Below are positions 13,001-26,902 of a DNA stretch of 64,000 bases, one piece after another. The translations under genes and the position numbers were made by a program. This stretch comes from Bugula neritina (lineage: Eukaryota > Animalia > Bryozoa): the NCBI GenBank assembly GCA_964035545.1, contig OZ037766.1:5136722-5200721 (forward strand), read 5' to 3'. The notes beneath the pieces were generated by a model, which worked only from the letters and a program-made list of their open reading frames with translations, ran no database searches and was not told the origin of the DNA. How positions within the stretch are numbered: position 1 is the first letter of the stretch; each line of letters opens with the position of its first letter.

Positions 13001-16000
13001 AGCTACTGATGGACCAGATCATTGTCGTAAGTAAGTGTTGCAACTGACATGTTCACTGATTTGGAAACACCCGAGTGTGATTTACTAAGAGCATGAATTC
13101 TGTTCCCAGTGCATTTGCTGAAGTTTTATACTTTTATGGTCTCAATTTTATTTCTTATTTGAAACTTGTTTGGAGAAATTTCATATTGTGAGTCATTTTT
13201 GATGACAGCTTCACCTTCCGATGCAAGCTAGATGACCAGTACTACCCTGAAGCTACTGCTAGAACCAAGAAGGAAGCCAGGAAACATGCTGCCGTGTTGG
13301 CTCTGCGATGTCTTTCCTCGGGGTCAATTTCATCTGACAAGCAAACAAAGGTCAGCTTTTTACTGGTTTATGCGCTCATACCATGTTACATTACTAAATA
13401 GTTTTGTAATTTAGAGCTTAATAGTTGTTTTTACAATTTTAAATTGATTGATTTATTACCTATCACAGACATGAAAACATGTGAAGTTCAGCCTGGATAC
13501 TGGCTATAATAAGTAGACATGAACAAAATTTGAAAAGAAAAGTCAGAGCTTTGTTGGATTACTTGAAATAAAAAATTATTTAAAGTATCGGTGTCGTAAA
13601 TAACTTTTTAATTTGTAGAATCGCTCAAATACTACTTTTACCTCAGCCGCTGCTTCACTCAGTCCTCAAATGCCTTTAACTGACTCCTCCACCAGCGACC
13701 AGATAGCATGTCACGTTCTCTCTCAGTTCAACTCCATGAAGGGGCAGTGTGCGGCTGATCTGGGTAAAATCATCCTGGCCGGCTTCACTATTCAGGATAC
13801 TAAAGCTAACAAATTCACAGTTGTTAGTATTGGCACTGGTAAGCTAAACTATTACAGTACTTGTAGCTACTAGTATTATTGTTAAATCTCTTAGTGTAAT
13901 AGTTAGGGTCATTTCAGTTATTGCCTGTAGTTCAATTCACTTCAAGTCAAGTTAAAGTCACTTTAGTTATTGCTAATCACTTCAACTATTGCTAATGGTT
14001 CAAGTCACTTCAATTCTTTCTGGTAATGAAAGTCACTTCAGTGATTGTAGTAGTTAACGGTCACTTTAATTAATGCAAGTATTTCTAATTACTTCAGTTA
14101 TTGCAAGTCACTTTATTGTTATATCAGTTCAAACTTTGATCACTTGAATTGAAGAAGTATTTGCTACTGTCTCACCTTGACTTCCTGCTATGATTTCTCT
14201 ACTCATTCACTGTACTACTGTAGGCAGCAAGTGTATCAGTGGCCAAAACCTCTCCTTGGATGGCAGCAGAGTGAATGACTGTCACGCTGAAGTCATCGCT
14301 AGACGAGGCTTATTGAGGTGGGAGTCGTGTGTTCACTTATCACTCAAATAGTTACTAATCTGATGTCACTGATTATCTTATACTTCATTGTTGACTTTTT
14401 ATTGCTCAATCAAATACTGGTTACTGATATCATTGGTTTAATATTTTTGCTCTTATCTGACGTGACAGACAAGCTTTTCCTTAATTTTAGATACTTTTAC
14501 CAGCAACTGGCTGCGTATAAAAATGACACAGAGTCAACAATTTTCAAGTCATCATCAGATGGCAAGAAAGTAAAACTCCGTAAGCATCTCCGCCTGCATC
14601 TGTACATTTCTACTGCTCCTTGCGGGGACGGGGCTGTCTTCTCTCACAAGTAATTTACTAGTAGAACGTTTTATTAACTGAGAGTAGCTACAGTATATTG
14701 TGTGTAAAGGGTATGACAACTATAAGTTTAAAAGTGTATCAACACAATGTGTTTGTCTAATTTTACGTTGTTTTATTCATACTAACACTTAGAATAACTA
14801 TGTTAGGATAAGATTATCAGTAATAAATATTAATAACCTGTTATTGTTGTTTGTTGATAGAGCTTTGATAAACATCAGATCAATATTGTAACCTTGAATC
14901 ATGTTTTTACAAGTATTTTTATAAGAGACATTTTTAAAGCTATTGACTTAAATTGGTAAAAAAATTGGATAAGTTTGATTGGGTGCAGAATATTGCCCTC
15001 TTTGGTGGTGAGGACATGAGGTTAGATGGGGTATACTGTTCTGGTTGCAGTGATACTGCTGGTGATCTTACCAATTACAGTCTAGACAATGCACACCTGC
15101 CTACTATGGAGGTCAAAGTTCATGGACAGCTTAGAACCAAAATGGAAGACGGTATGTCATTAAATGGCCGTCCAGTACCTTCCCTATTGTGTATTGATTA
15201 TGGGCTATATATTTTGTTGCTTATCTACAAACTCAAGTGGTATTGAAGTTTGGCGTGTTTACTTCTCTCACAGTACTCTTTTGTTATCAACTCAATAACC
15301 ACTCTACTGTCATTAATCATTGAAATATGCAAATGGTTTCTAGATAAAGTACAATTTGAAATATGTAGGTGATACTGTGCTGGTTTTGTGGCGCAGCTGA
15401 GAGATTTTTTCAGTTTAATTGTTGTCTGACATATTGTTATATGCTTTAGGTGAAGGTACTATACCTACTAAGAGTACCAGTAACCCGGTGCTAACCTTGG
15501 ATGGTATAGGTCATGGAGAAAGGCTAGTAACAATGTCCTGCAGTGATAAAATCTGTAAATGGAATGTACTAGGTGTGCAAGGTACCTTGTTGAGTGATCT
15601 AATCGAGCCGGTTTATATCCATAGTCTAGTCCTTGGTGAGTCTTGTAGCTGTATCCACTTATTATCTATTAATTTACATGAAATTACACTCGCATCATTT
15701 ATCTGCTCAAAGAGAATATGAGGAATGACATGATGTCACTGAGAATCTTAATGCGTTAATCTACGAAAAGTCAAAGATGGCACCTTCCACCTATTACTGA
15801 AAACATGAGGTGTAAATATTTAGCTGATTTTTGCAAATAGAAGATTGAGCTATTTGCACTGTTTCATTACATTGAAATCTAACTTTTACCGGCTATGAAT
15901 GTAATATAATTTATAGGATTTTATGAGGGACTCAGTTGCAAAAACAGTTTTTAGTTTTGCTAACTGATTTTCAATGTTTATTTGGTCAAACTAATGTGTT

Positions 16001-17706
16001 AATGAACCAATATTGTGCAATTAAGTCATCATAAACTTTTCGAAATTTATTCTCTTTAGGTCATATTTTTACAGCAGTTGTTATGGGTGTATTATTTAGG
16101 CACAAGTAAGATGAAATGTTTAGCAATGCAATATAATAATCATCAATTAATTTTAAAACAAGTTCGTGAAAATTGAAACATTGTAAATGTAACAAATTAT
16201 GCAATTTGCCATTATTGAAGTAACACACATATTATACCAAAGCTAAGATACTGAAGTAATAACCTTGTTAGTAACTAGTCAATACTGGTTATACGCGATA
16301 TAGCGGTTCAATGTATATATCACATAAATAGTCCCTCCGTATGCATCCAGGTCGTGTGGTGTAGTGGTTATCACGTCTGCTTAACACGCAGAAGGTCGCG
16401 GGTTCGAAACCCGCCATGACCTGATTTTTTTTTCTAAAATGTGCTACTTTGGCACTTGGTTTATTTAGCATACTGCATGCATTTCTTTTTATAATGATTA
16501 TTTTAAATGTAAGAAAAAGATCTATGCTGCCATTTGAATTTTACAAATTTATGGCTTGAAACTGTAACTAAATTACCTGTCATAAGCCTAGTTGTTATCC
16601 TTCCAACTTGTTAGTAAATATATAGCTATATTATATTGCAAAATATTGATATTGCATTAACTGCTGTGCTGCCATGAAAATAAAAGGTCAGGTTTCATTA
16701 AAAGAATACAATTAATAGTTGGTCTATTATTTTTGTAGGCCAACTGTTTAATCCTGGTCATTTGTCTAGAGCTCTTTGCTGCAGAGTCAAATCTTTCCAA
16801 CCGTCTTTGACTCAAATGAACAGCGTTTTCAAGGTGAATCATCTAAAAATAGATCGAACAGGTATGAAAAGTTGAAGCCCCTCGCATCGACTCATTCAAT
16901 GTTAATTTTACAATGTCTGAAGATTTTAGTGAAACATTCCTTCAACTGTTGGCAATGTTGTTAGTTAATGAGTGATCCCAGTATATAAATTATAATAAAT
17001 TATTTAAATTTGTTTTTGTTTCATAATATAATTTAAGAGGATCACATCAAAAGTTAAACTGTGTGTTACTTTTAGCTACAGAATTGCCGCGGTCTATAGC
17101 TAAATCAAAGCCCCTCAGTCTAAACTGGGCAAAAGGTGACGAACATTGTGAGATTCTCAATGGAGAAACTGGCCAGGTTATTTTATCTCAGAATAACAGG
17201 TACCCCTCCCCCCCATATTTCTAGTTCATGGTGTGTTGAGGTGTGTGTGTTTCAGCAACATTTTTTACTTGTTGGCTTGAAAATTAAAAGATGCTATGAT
17301 TTATTATATATTATGAGCATGGAGCAAACTTGAGAAACATATTATAATTATATAGAATAATTAACAGGACAGCCAGTGTTCTACAAACCAATTATATACC
17401 TAACTGATTCAACACTGTGTATATACATAGTTGTATGTCATTATAAATCCATTTTACCTAATATGGCAGTGTTTATGTTGCAGTGAGCACAACCCTGTAT
17501 CAAGGGTGAGCAGAAGGTCCTTGTACGCACAGTATGTTCAACTGGTGCTTTCTGATGAAGATCAGAAGTCGATTCCATGCTATGGAGATGCTAAAGCCTT
17601 AGTAACAGACTACGTCCAGACCAAGGAAGCCTTGTATAAAGAGTTCGCTAATCAGGACTTGGGATGCTGGGTGCGAAAGCCTCCAGAACAAAACATGTTT
17701 AAATAA
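7029..17706 (+). CDS. ADAR: Double-stranded RNA-specific adenosine deaminase, ADAR1-type, four dsRBDs + deaminase domain (exons ~7029-7144, 8266-9471, 9641-9775, 11895-12006, 12393-12610, 12910-13030, 13210-13350, 13647-13838, 14224-14317, 14491-14649, 15050-15151, 15450-15635, 16739-16861, 17076-17199, 17485-17706)
   Basis: dsRBD starts [36 protein letters not shown] each with a K-x-E-[AG]-[KR] helix-2 motif; deaminase motifs [95 protein letters not shown]. Confidence 0.95.
8879..8978 (+). repeat. In-frame 24-bp tandem repeat (QNLPAAAH/Y x4) in the ADAR low-complexity linker
   Basis: CAAAATTTACCTGCAGCAGCACAT repeated four times in ORF 8309-9475. Confidence 0.95.
10262..10588. repeat. 11-bp minisatellite (ACTTACTATAC / ACTTACTATGC) in ADAR intron
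   Basis: Directly visible tandem array; source of spurious [11 protein letters not shown] ORFs. Confidence 0.95.
16350..16422 (+). tRNA. tRNA-Val(AAC), inside an ADAR intron, same strand
   Basis: Cloverleaf: acceptor GGTCGTG/CATGACC, A-box TGGTGTAGTGG, anticodon stem TCTGC/GCAGA with loop TTAACAC, T-arm GCGGG-TTCGAAA-CCCGC; followed by oligo-T. Confidence 0.93.
16425..16433 (+). terminator. RNA polymerase III terminator (T9) of tRNA-Val
   Basis: T run 2 nt after the tRNA 3' end. Confidence 0.8.
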
Positions 17707-18430
17707 GTATAAATTGAAACCGGCATCTCTATGTTGTCGGGTACACAGTGTTCTATGCAAGAACTCAATAACGCTTCTATCTTGTCTTACATACTCTTAG
17801 AGTACTTTGCTTATCTTATCTACACTTTTACAGTTATGGAACATGGTCCTCATTTAATGTAATTTTTTTGTAAAAATTATATGTAGCAAAATATTTTTAA
17901 CATTTTAATATAAATATTCATTAAACAGGCTTTTTTATTTATCAACACTTTTATATTTGTAGCTACTTATAGCAATTAAAATGAAAACATTCAACAACTA
18001 TGATTTATTTTTAAGAAGTTTTTACCAAAATAAAATGCAGCCATTATGAATTTTCGAAAAATTTTATATTGTATTTTTTAACCTGGAATAAGGAATAGAC
18101 CCAGTCTGGGTCGATTCACCCAGTTTTATTAATTTTGTAAAATATTGATGAAACTTTAGGCTTAAAGGCACTTTAGGGTGTTGGGGAAACTACCCTACTA
18201 GTAGATGTGTGGCTATCTATTATTTACATAATTGTATTAACAATTAAATATACATTACATACAAATACACTTAAGCAAAATAAATTCTTCAAAATCTTAT
18301 AAAAAATAGAATACACAAATGTAGCAAATAAGTCGGACAAATGTTTTGTAGAAAAATGCTATCGAGTTTTAAAATATAAAAGAATGCCACATAAAGAACC
18401 AAGGACAAGCTGGTGTGAATTGGCATCCAG

Positions 18431-21400
18431 TTATGAGAAATTGAGCAGAGCTGCCGCTTGGTTATCTTCACTTGTCATGTCAATCTCCATACCCTCTGAA
18501 ATATGCACAAGCTCAGTTTACCTGTCAATTTCTTTTTTACAAAACACAACAGCCTGGCAAAATTTAATTCACCAATCATTGGATATAAGGCAGAATTATA
18601 AGGCAGAATACATGTGATAACACCTGAAAAGTTGAATACAGAATAATATGGTAAAATCATTACCTGTCAGATGTCCAGTCAAATGAGAAACATCATCTTC
18701 TAAAAGTGCATGCGGCTGGTGGGGGTCATCTGTATGTCCGTATGAATGATAGTCTGAATCCTGGTACGGTTGTAATATCGCAGGTAAATTAGTCAACTCA
18801 TTCTCAGGGTCCAAAGATTTTCTACTATAAGGTTGTGATTCGAGTTCAGATTTTTCTGTAAATTCTGTTTTCAGCTCAATATTTACATCTTTCGAGTCAA
18901 TAGATTCAGATTTAGGAGTTATCCCGCTTTTATGAGGTGAAAGAATGGCTATGTCTGACTTTAAGTCACTCGTAGAATTCTCTTGGCCATTCCTTGAGTT
19001 TTTACCTTTGACTTTGGCATCATCATTGCCAAATAAACCCTCTTTAACATCTGGCCTACCCACTTCAGTTTTGTAGCCTTCTGTTTGATCACCTTTCTTT
19101 GGTGGAGAAAACAAAGTAGAATTATCAACCTAATGAAATTAGACACAAGAAGTGAATACACGTTTATAATTATGATAAAGGGTCTAAAAATATAACTGGC
19201 AGGCAAGCACAGGTATTAATAGCTAAACTATAGATAATATTTGCAAGAACAATACAGCAACCAGTTGTCAGTATAGCCATCAACTATGTTCAACTTTCTT
19301 CAACATATAATAGACTCTAATCATTAGTATTAGCAACAGTTTTCAACACTTCTTACCAATATTTTCTACCTAAAATAATATGTCACTTTCATAAGGAGTA
19401 TTGTAGCACTAAGAGTACTAAGCAAAGCACTCTTAACTGTGCTGTGAGTAATTCTTGTAATTGTTGACAACTTGTAAAAAGAAATCTGTTGAACCAAGAA
19501 AAAATGATTTTCACAACTTGTAAAACAAATGTATAACCAACAAAAAGGTAACATCTGTCTCATTATGACAGATAAATACATTACCTGCAGTTTATCTACC
19601 AAGCTGTTAGCATTTGCCTCTCTAACTTCCTCCGGAATTACAGCAGTGCGACGAGCCTTTAACCCAAATCTATCCAACACTGACTGATGATACAACTGCC
19701 TCCTATCCAGTAATACTTGCCTTTCCCTTTCTACCTGTCCACAACAAACACGCAGAGTTCTTGTATGCATTTAGATGCCACTGAGATACAAGTAATATAT
19801 CAAGTATTAACATGAGAACACAACTCTGTAAGAGCTTTGGCTGCCGTTAATGTTTTTCAACAGAAGCCAAATGAAGACATGTACGAATAAATGAAGAACA
19901 TGCAGTGAACTATGCATAATTATTTACCTGTGTGTAAATACACACTATAAGTAGTCACGCAAATTATACATAGACCTGTCAACCTATGTTCTTTCTAAAA
20001 TATCTGCACCGTCAGAGTTGTCTCAGGGAATGCCATCATAAACATACAAAACCAGCACTGGCTTCAGTTATTAATAGGAAAAAATGTAACCAGCGCCTGG
20101 CTACTAAATACCTGTTTAACATCATGTTTCAGCTTCGTCATTATGCTTTCCAGGTAGTTGAGTTTGATGGACAATTTCTTTGTTTGTTTATTCACAACCA
20201 GTGCAACCCCTGCTTTTATTTTCAATTCATCCTGCTCAGCCAGCTCCTTCAAAACCAGAAAATATGGCTACCACATCACACAGAACAAGCTTCCAACAGC
20301 TCAACTATCTTCTAAATATTTCATTCAATTTATAACTCTGAAAATGGATACAGTGGTATCCAAAATATAAGTTTACTTTGTTTATTTAGATAAAGAAAGT
20401 ATCAAACAAAAATGTTGCTCGATTATTCACTTTTAAATATTATTTCAAATGACAAGCAAAGTTATTATTTTTGAAATTTTCTTTACCCATCCGCTAATAG
20501 GTAAATAGAATGTTTCAAATATGCGAGACTTTCTAAAAAACAATGAACTTAGAATCCAAGATACCAGTGCCATTTGTGCCGCTGCCTCCAATGCCCTGTC
20601 TAGAGCCAGTTTTATGACTCGTCTGTCAGTATAGGAGAAGTTGACCCACTCTGGTTCCGAAACAGACGTCTCGGCTTTCTCTGTCACAGGAGGCGTATCT
20701 GCAGGAGTCATCTCACCCATTGCAGCTTTTATGTTCCGAATATGTCTAGCAACTATTTTCTCAGGTGTGTTTTCAGTTCGGTCTTTGAGGAACGAAAATA
20801 CTTCTGAAAATTCAAGCATAAGACATAAATATAGCTGTTTTAGACAAGTCACTGCATTACCAATAAAATGTTGACCAAGTTTCTTTCACTTTTAATCAAA
20901 TTTATTTTAGAGTGCATCTTTATGAGATAAACTTTTTAAACTAAAAGATTTGACTAAAGAAAACTCTTTTTGAATATTTTTTTAAATACTAAACTAAAAA
21001 CTAAAACTTGAAACAACTAACAGATATTTAGAATATTTACATGTATATAAAGCTATGGAACGACACACAAGCACACAGGTATAGGAAGAGTGTCTATAGA
21101 CATTTCAAACACCTTTACTAGCTAGCATAGTTGTACTTAATTAGAAATTCTGAGAGCTAATGAATACAATTTGTATAAAAGTATGCCCATCAGAAAATGA
21201 ACTTCGTGTAAATTAAGAACAAAAGTGTTATTTGAATGCTTAAATACATAATAACCACATAATAATTTTAATGTTTTTTATTTGCTTCTACTGTTTAATT
21301 TATATTACAATATAAAAAATTGAATGCTAACTACAGCCACCCAGTCTCCAGTTTTCTACATAAACTGAAGTGCCAAGTGATAGGAAATTCAAAATATCTT

Positions 21401-24400
21401 TAAAAAACTTTTAAAGTTGTTTCAAATATCACTCACTCATACACTCACTCACACACTCACTCACCCACCCACCCACCCACCCACCCACTCACTCACTCAC
21501 TCACTCACTCACTCACTCACTCACTCACTCACTCACTCACTCACACACTCATTCACACACTCACACACTCACTTATTCACTCACTCATTCACCTGAACTC
21601 AGCCATAAGCTAGTAGCAGCACCCTAGCAAGTTCGACTTCTCATCACTTACCCAGAGCAGCTTTGGCAGCAGAAGCAGCTACTTTGGTGCTGACCACATT
21701 GGCTAGGAAAGCCATAGTATACATGACTGGATTACAACTCCTAGAGAATGGTATGACATCATCTGTATGGCCGAGAGAAGAATCTTTCTCAGTGAATTTT
21801 TCTTCTATGGGTAGCCTTAGGAAATACAGCAGACACTCGTCCTGGTTGCGAGACCCAACATGCTCCCCCACCTATTGACACCAGGTGTAACTAGCAACAC
21901 ATTGCCGACAACAGTCTGGTAAACATTGCAAAATTCACCAACTAAACTTAAAATATTTGCATTTATATTTCTGCTGACTGACTGAGTATTATTGTATCTA
22001 ATGCATCAGCCAATAGTCAGAGTATATGTGAAGTTGCGTAATAATTTGTAAATTAAGCGTTTTTGCAGAAAATTAAGTTTTCACAGAGCAACTTAAATTT
22101 ACAAGAAAATGACACACAGCTTCAGAGAATATAGAAATAACAGTGACGAGTACTTTGTTCCAGTCATCTTTATATTTTTCTACGCCTTCCATCAGTCTGA
22201 GAATCTCGTGCTGCGTCCATTCTCTATAATCTATCATAACAGAGTGACTTCTGTCCAGCTCAATATCCTTAGTGCAGATTCCCAGCTTCATCTTGTGGGG
22301 GGAGTCGGAAGATGTCTCGTTAGTTTCTACAAATAAACTCAATATATAAAATCACTGTTACCTGGGGACAAGAGGACACTATTTTAAGACATGGAATCCA
22401 ATTCTTCATCTGTAGTAGTAGAAACATTACTAAAGGGTTTTATACAGACAAGAAAATCTGTAACTCAAAATATATGTCAAGGTTAAACAAGTTTATCACT
22501 GACCTACTGTAATATGAGAATCGAGATACATAAAAAAAAACAGATATAACTTAAAAGAGAACTTATATCGTGATCACTATTGTACTACACATCAAACCAT
22601 GCTTGTTATAGCAGCTAGCCAGCACATGTTTTAAATTGACCAATAAGGTGTCAGGATGAATAGCCTTTTATCACAATAGCATGACAAGTTTCTACAGCTA
22701 TTTATAGCTGAGTTCTCTAGAGTTTGAAGAAAGTAGACAACTCTGCAAAACATCAGCTAAAAATATGCCATTACCTCACTTCACTTTTAGTAATTTAAAT
22801 TCTACTTGTACTTCCAAAAATACCTCCAGTTTCAATGTTGGCACTTTGAGTAACACCATCAGCTGTATCATTGCAATCATAATTAAAGTCAACACAGTGG
22901 TCGGCCATGTTTCTTTTATGACTACTTCTCAGCGACTCAGCCGGATGTAGCCCGGTTTTGGTTTCAGAGAGTGCAAAGAAATGAGCATCAGTGTGGGGGA
23001 GTATGAGTCGACTCGGCTTGTGATTGTTGACTATACTGAGACCATAGTTTATCAGACCCCAGTACTCCAGGAAACTGTGCACTCTGCAGCAGGCAATAAA
23101 CAACTCACAGCACAACATACTGTGAGAGAGTTTCGCATCACATAACCTATTCAGTGTAGCTATTTTCTCATTCCATTAACTCTTGTAGATTACGAAAATA
23201 TTCAACTAATGAAGTTGCTATTCAAATTAATAAATACTTAAAATGATTTTATCATACTTATGCTATTTTTGGGCCAACTGACATAAACCTCAAAGGAAGG
23301 GCAATTTATGCCGAGTAAACAATAGAGGCATAATGAATATAATTTATTTCAGGTTTTGCATCGGTTACACTCTTTTTATCAAATTAACAAGCAAGTCTTA
23401 ATTGGTTTTTAATTAATTACGATTTCTATAAAAGAGTCAAACCTGAAAACAGCACACAGATCTCCGGGAAGCCTCCGCCTGCACTCCACCATGGTGAGGT
23501 ACTTCTGTGGTTTAGCCATGTAAGTATCTAACATATAGTTCCTGTATGCAGTGTATCTGTAATCAGAAATGACTTGGTGCAAATAAAAAATTTCTATTAT
23601 TTTTGAGGAAAAATTCCGAACATAGAATATTAATAAATCATTTTAAGCTCCCTACCCAATCTAGCATAAGTGAGTTGATGAGAAATAAACATACAAACAT
23701 ACGTATATGTTTGGATCAACAATCTGTAAACATCTTACAATTTTGTTGTTATATAATCCAATATATTTGGTGGGGCTTTGAAACTTTAGCATGTTTGATA
23801 TTATTAGGTATGACTAGTGGAGTAAGAACTGCATGAAATCAGATTTATTGAATTAAAGAAAAACACCTAAACAAAATACTGACGCAAGGTTATGGATTGT
23901 CCCGAAGTGTCTCAAAATTTGAATAAAAAATTTCTAGTTAAAGCTTAAAGTTAGAGGTTACTTGATACAATTATAGATTTTGACAATGGTTTTAAGGCTA
24001 TAAGTCCTAGGACACGCCCACATCCAATTTTTACATAACTATCATTTCCCTACTTGAATAAATGTTGTGGATAAAAGCTTCACATGTGTTAAAACAGAGC
24101 ATTTTTGGAAATTCTATTACTATACAAAAATATATTTTAGATGTTCAAACCCTTAAAAAATCAAGTCCTAAATACTCTAAACTCTATTTAAAAGAAATTT
24201 CAAACATAAAAACTGCTTCACATTACAGAATAAAATCTAAAGCTCACATTTCTGGAGTTTTGGCTTTGTTGGAATTGTTGAAAAACTCTGGCAAAGAGGA
24301 TATTTCTATTTTATGTATAGATGACCTGTTGAACCATTTAGCTTTCGCAGGTACAATGATGCTTGAAGTCACATGATCAGGGTGATCTTCCAGAGGTTGG

Positions 24401-25153
24401 ACCCACTCTGACAATTCTTCTTCCACCTACAAGTACAACAATTTACTTCACAGGCACGAAAACACTGAAGCTGCAAAAATGTATGTATTAGTCTATTACG
24501 GCACATTTCAAGAAAAGTTTATTAATGACAGTTTGCTATTTTTCCTATTATAGCATTTTATTTTATAGAAAACAAAATGTATTCACCACTCTTGAAAAAC
24601 CAGTTATTGACAAAATATAATAAATATTCCGCTACATTGTTGTAAAGTGAAACAATTGATTTGCTATCATTGACTGGAGTGAAGTATTAAATAAAGTTAA
24701 CACCTACATGTTTACGACCTTCTATATCCACACAACCAGCAAACATGACAGGGCGATAGTCATGATCCTTTTTAGTAATTGGAGCATTGGCTAGGTTAAC
24801 CTCTGTGATTTTTATTGCAGGTTCAGGATAAGGAAGGGCTGCAAAACAATCTTCCTCTTCAACAGACCTTTCTTTAGCGGATTCAATTTTACTACTCAGT
24901 TTTTTAGTTGACTTTGACTCTGATGATGTGCTGAAACCAAAAGACAGAAACATCAAACGAGATAATTCACGCAAGTTGGAAATTTTACTGACCACCAACT
25001 TTGTACTGTAAAATGGTGAATTTACCTTGCTTTTGCTTTTTTGCTGATCTTTTTTAAGGAAGCGGAATTAGGACTTAAAGAACGCTTCTTTTTAACTTTC
25101 TGCTTTCCTTTGTCTTTTTTATTTACCAGAGCACAGAGGATGTTTTTATCCAT
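18431..25153 (-). CDS. SWI/SNF complex subunit SMARCC/Swi3-like protein (SWIRM, SANT, C-terminal coiled coil), divergent; exons ~25153-25026, 24930-24705, 24427-24248, 23556-23443, 23083-22779, 22360-22151, 21871-21651, 20805-20564, 20245-20111, 19734-19585, 19080-18664, 18495-18431
   Basis: [15 protein letters not shown]...[21 protein letters not shown]|[13 protein letters not shown]...[20 protein letters not shown]|[13 protein letters not shown]; [26 protein letters not shown]|[24 protein letters not shown]; [31 protein letters not shown]; zipper [21 protein letters not shown]. Confidence 0.9.
21430..21592. repeat. (CACT)n/(CACC)n microsatellite in SMARCC-like intron
   Basis: Directly visible. 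Confidence 0.95.
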
Positions 25154-26902
25154 TGCACCTAAATATATTTTTATATGAGTAAATAATCGTCCAACTATCA
25201 ATTGTTCTTGTAACTACTATACTTTGAGATTATAGAAATGAGAAAATGCATGTATGAGTGTATGCTGAAGATATATTACAGAAATGTATACACAAAAACT
25301 ACACCAGAAAAAGACAAAACAAAAGTGCATAAGCAAAAAATGTATAATTGAATAGAAAGTAAAGAAACAAAAATTCTAATGTATACACAATACACATTAG
25401 TTTGTTCACAAGCAATGCAGAGAAGCAAATGCAAATAGCCATAGATAAGACTCCTAATTGAGGTATAGTTTAGAATAGCATAAGTGTAAATATAAATAAA
25501 CGTGCATTACTATTACTGCACAACTAAGTATATAATGCTAATAGTAATCATTACAGTAATCAATAATGCATATAATTAGTATTATTATTAGACCAAAACA
25601 TAAAAAATTGGGTTGGTTGTACCTCACTAATAATATTGATAATACTAAATTTTCCAATAAATACTAATAGTCTCAGTAATACTAATAAAAATAGTTACTG
25701 AATTACTATAACATAAGTTAAATTAATATTTAAGCTCATTAATCATTATGATTATAATAATTAATAGTAATATTACTTTAACTCTACCAATATCAATATG
25801 ACTATCACTATGAGTATTGATAGTATTTGTAAAAGTTTATTATACTTATCATAACTATAGCTAGCATCTACATACACAAACTCACAAGTACATCATGGTA
25901 GTATCTTACCAAGACCCATTAGAGACACCAAAGGGGGCATATAAAAAATTAACATAATTACCACCTAATATGGATTCCACACTGTAAAAAAAATGAGCAC
26001 TTCTATAACCATGAGTGTTTCCAAGTGTTCTGTGTCTTTAAAGGTATTCAAAGCTAATTAAAGGTATTAGTATTAGTATTACTTTATAAATAATATTAGG
26101 TATAAGACTAATTTTAAGTTAAATATAAATATTAAGTATTAGTTTAATTATATTAAATTTAATACTCATATTGTTATTAGTATTACCGAGTAATCATTAT
26201 ACTCAGTAAGTATTGCTATTACTATGTATTAGTATTATGATAGTTTAAATCATTTTAATTTACTTACAATTGTGCTACAAATAATAATAATTATTATTAT
26301 ATCCATATTTAAATTTAAGAATTACATTGAATTAATTTCAAATAGTAGTAGACGTAGTACAACTCAGCAAGTCAACCTATCAAATGAATAATTTTAGCAA
26401 GTCCATTCCAGTCAAACGAATTTTAAGTACTAGTATTGACAATTATTTAATTTCATGTTGATTTCATTTTTAGTAAAATATTACAATAAAGGTAAATGAT
26501 ATGCATCTGCATTGGTTCACTCAAAATTGTCCGCTAAAACTTAATTTTGGCTTCTTCTTGAAACTTTTGAATAATTGGAAAGATTGGGGTCGCTAACCGA
26601 AATGCTGAAAGAACGAAAAGTATAATTGGTTGATCGAATATTTCAGGAGGTTGGGTGCTTTTAATTACTATTAGTTGTTCACTTCTGGTTTAGCAATGTT
26701 CTGACCATTGAACTATAACTATAACTTATAGTTTCAGTTCAGTGGTTCTGACTGGTATAAGCTCGGTCATTTCCATTAAAACCAGTGCGATGTGCTCTTG
26801 GATTGAAACCTCACACTATAGTTAGTAGCTACAGAACTTTATAATTCTTCATTGCGTGAAGTAGAAGTTCGGCAAGTCATTAAAATGTAATACAGTTAAT
26901 GC

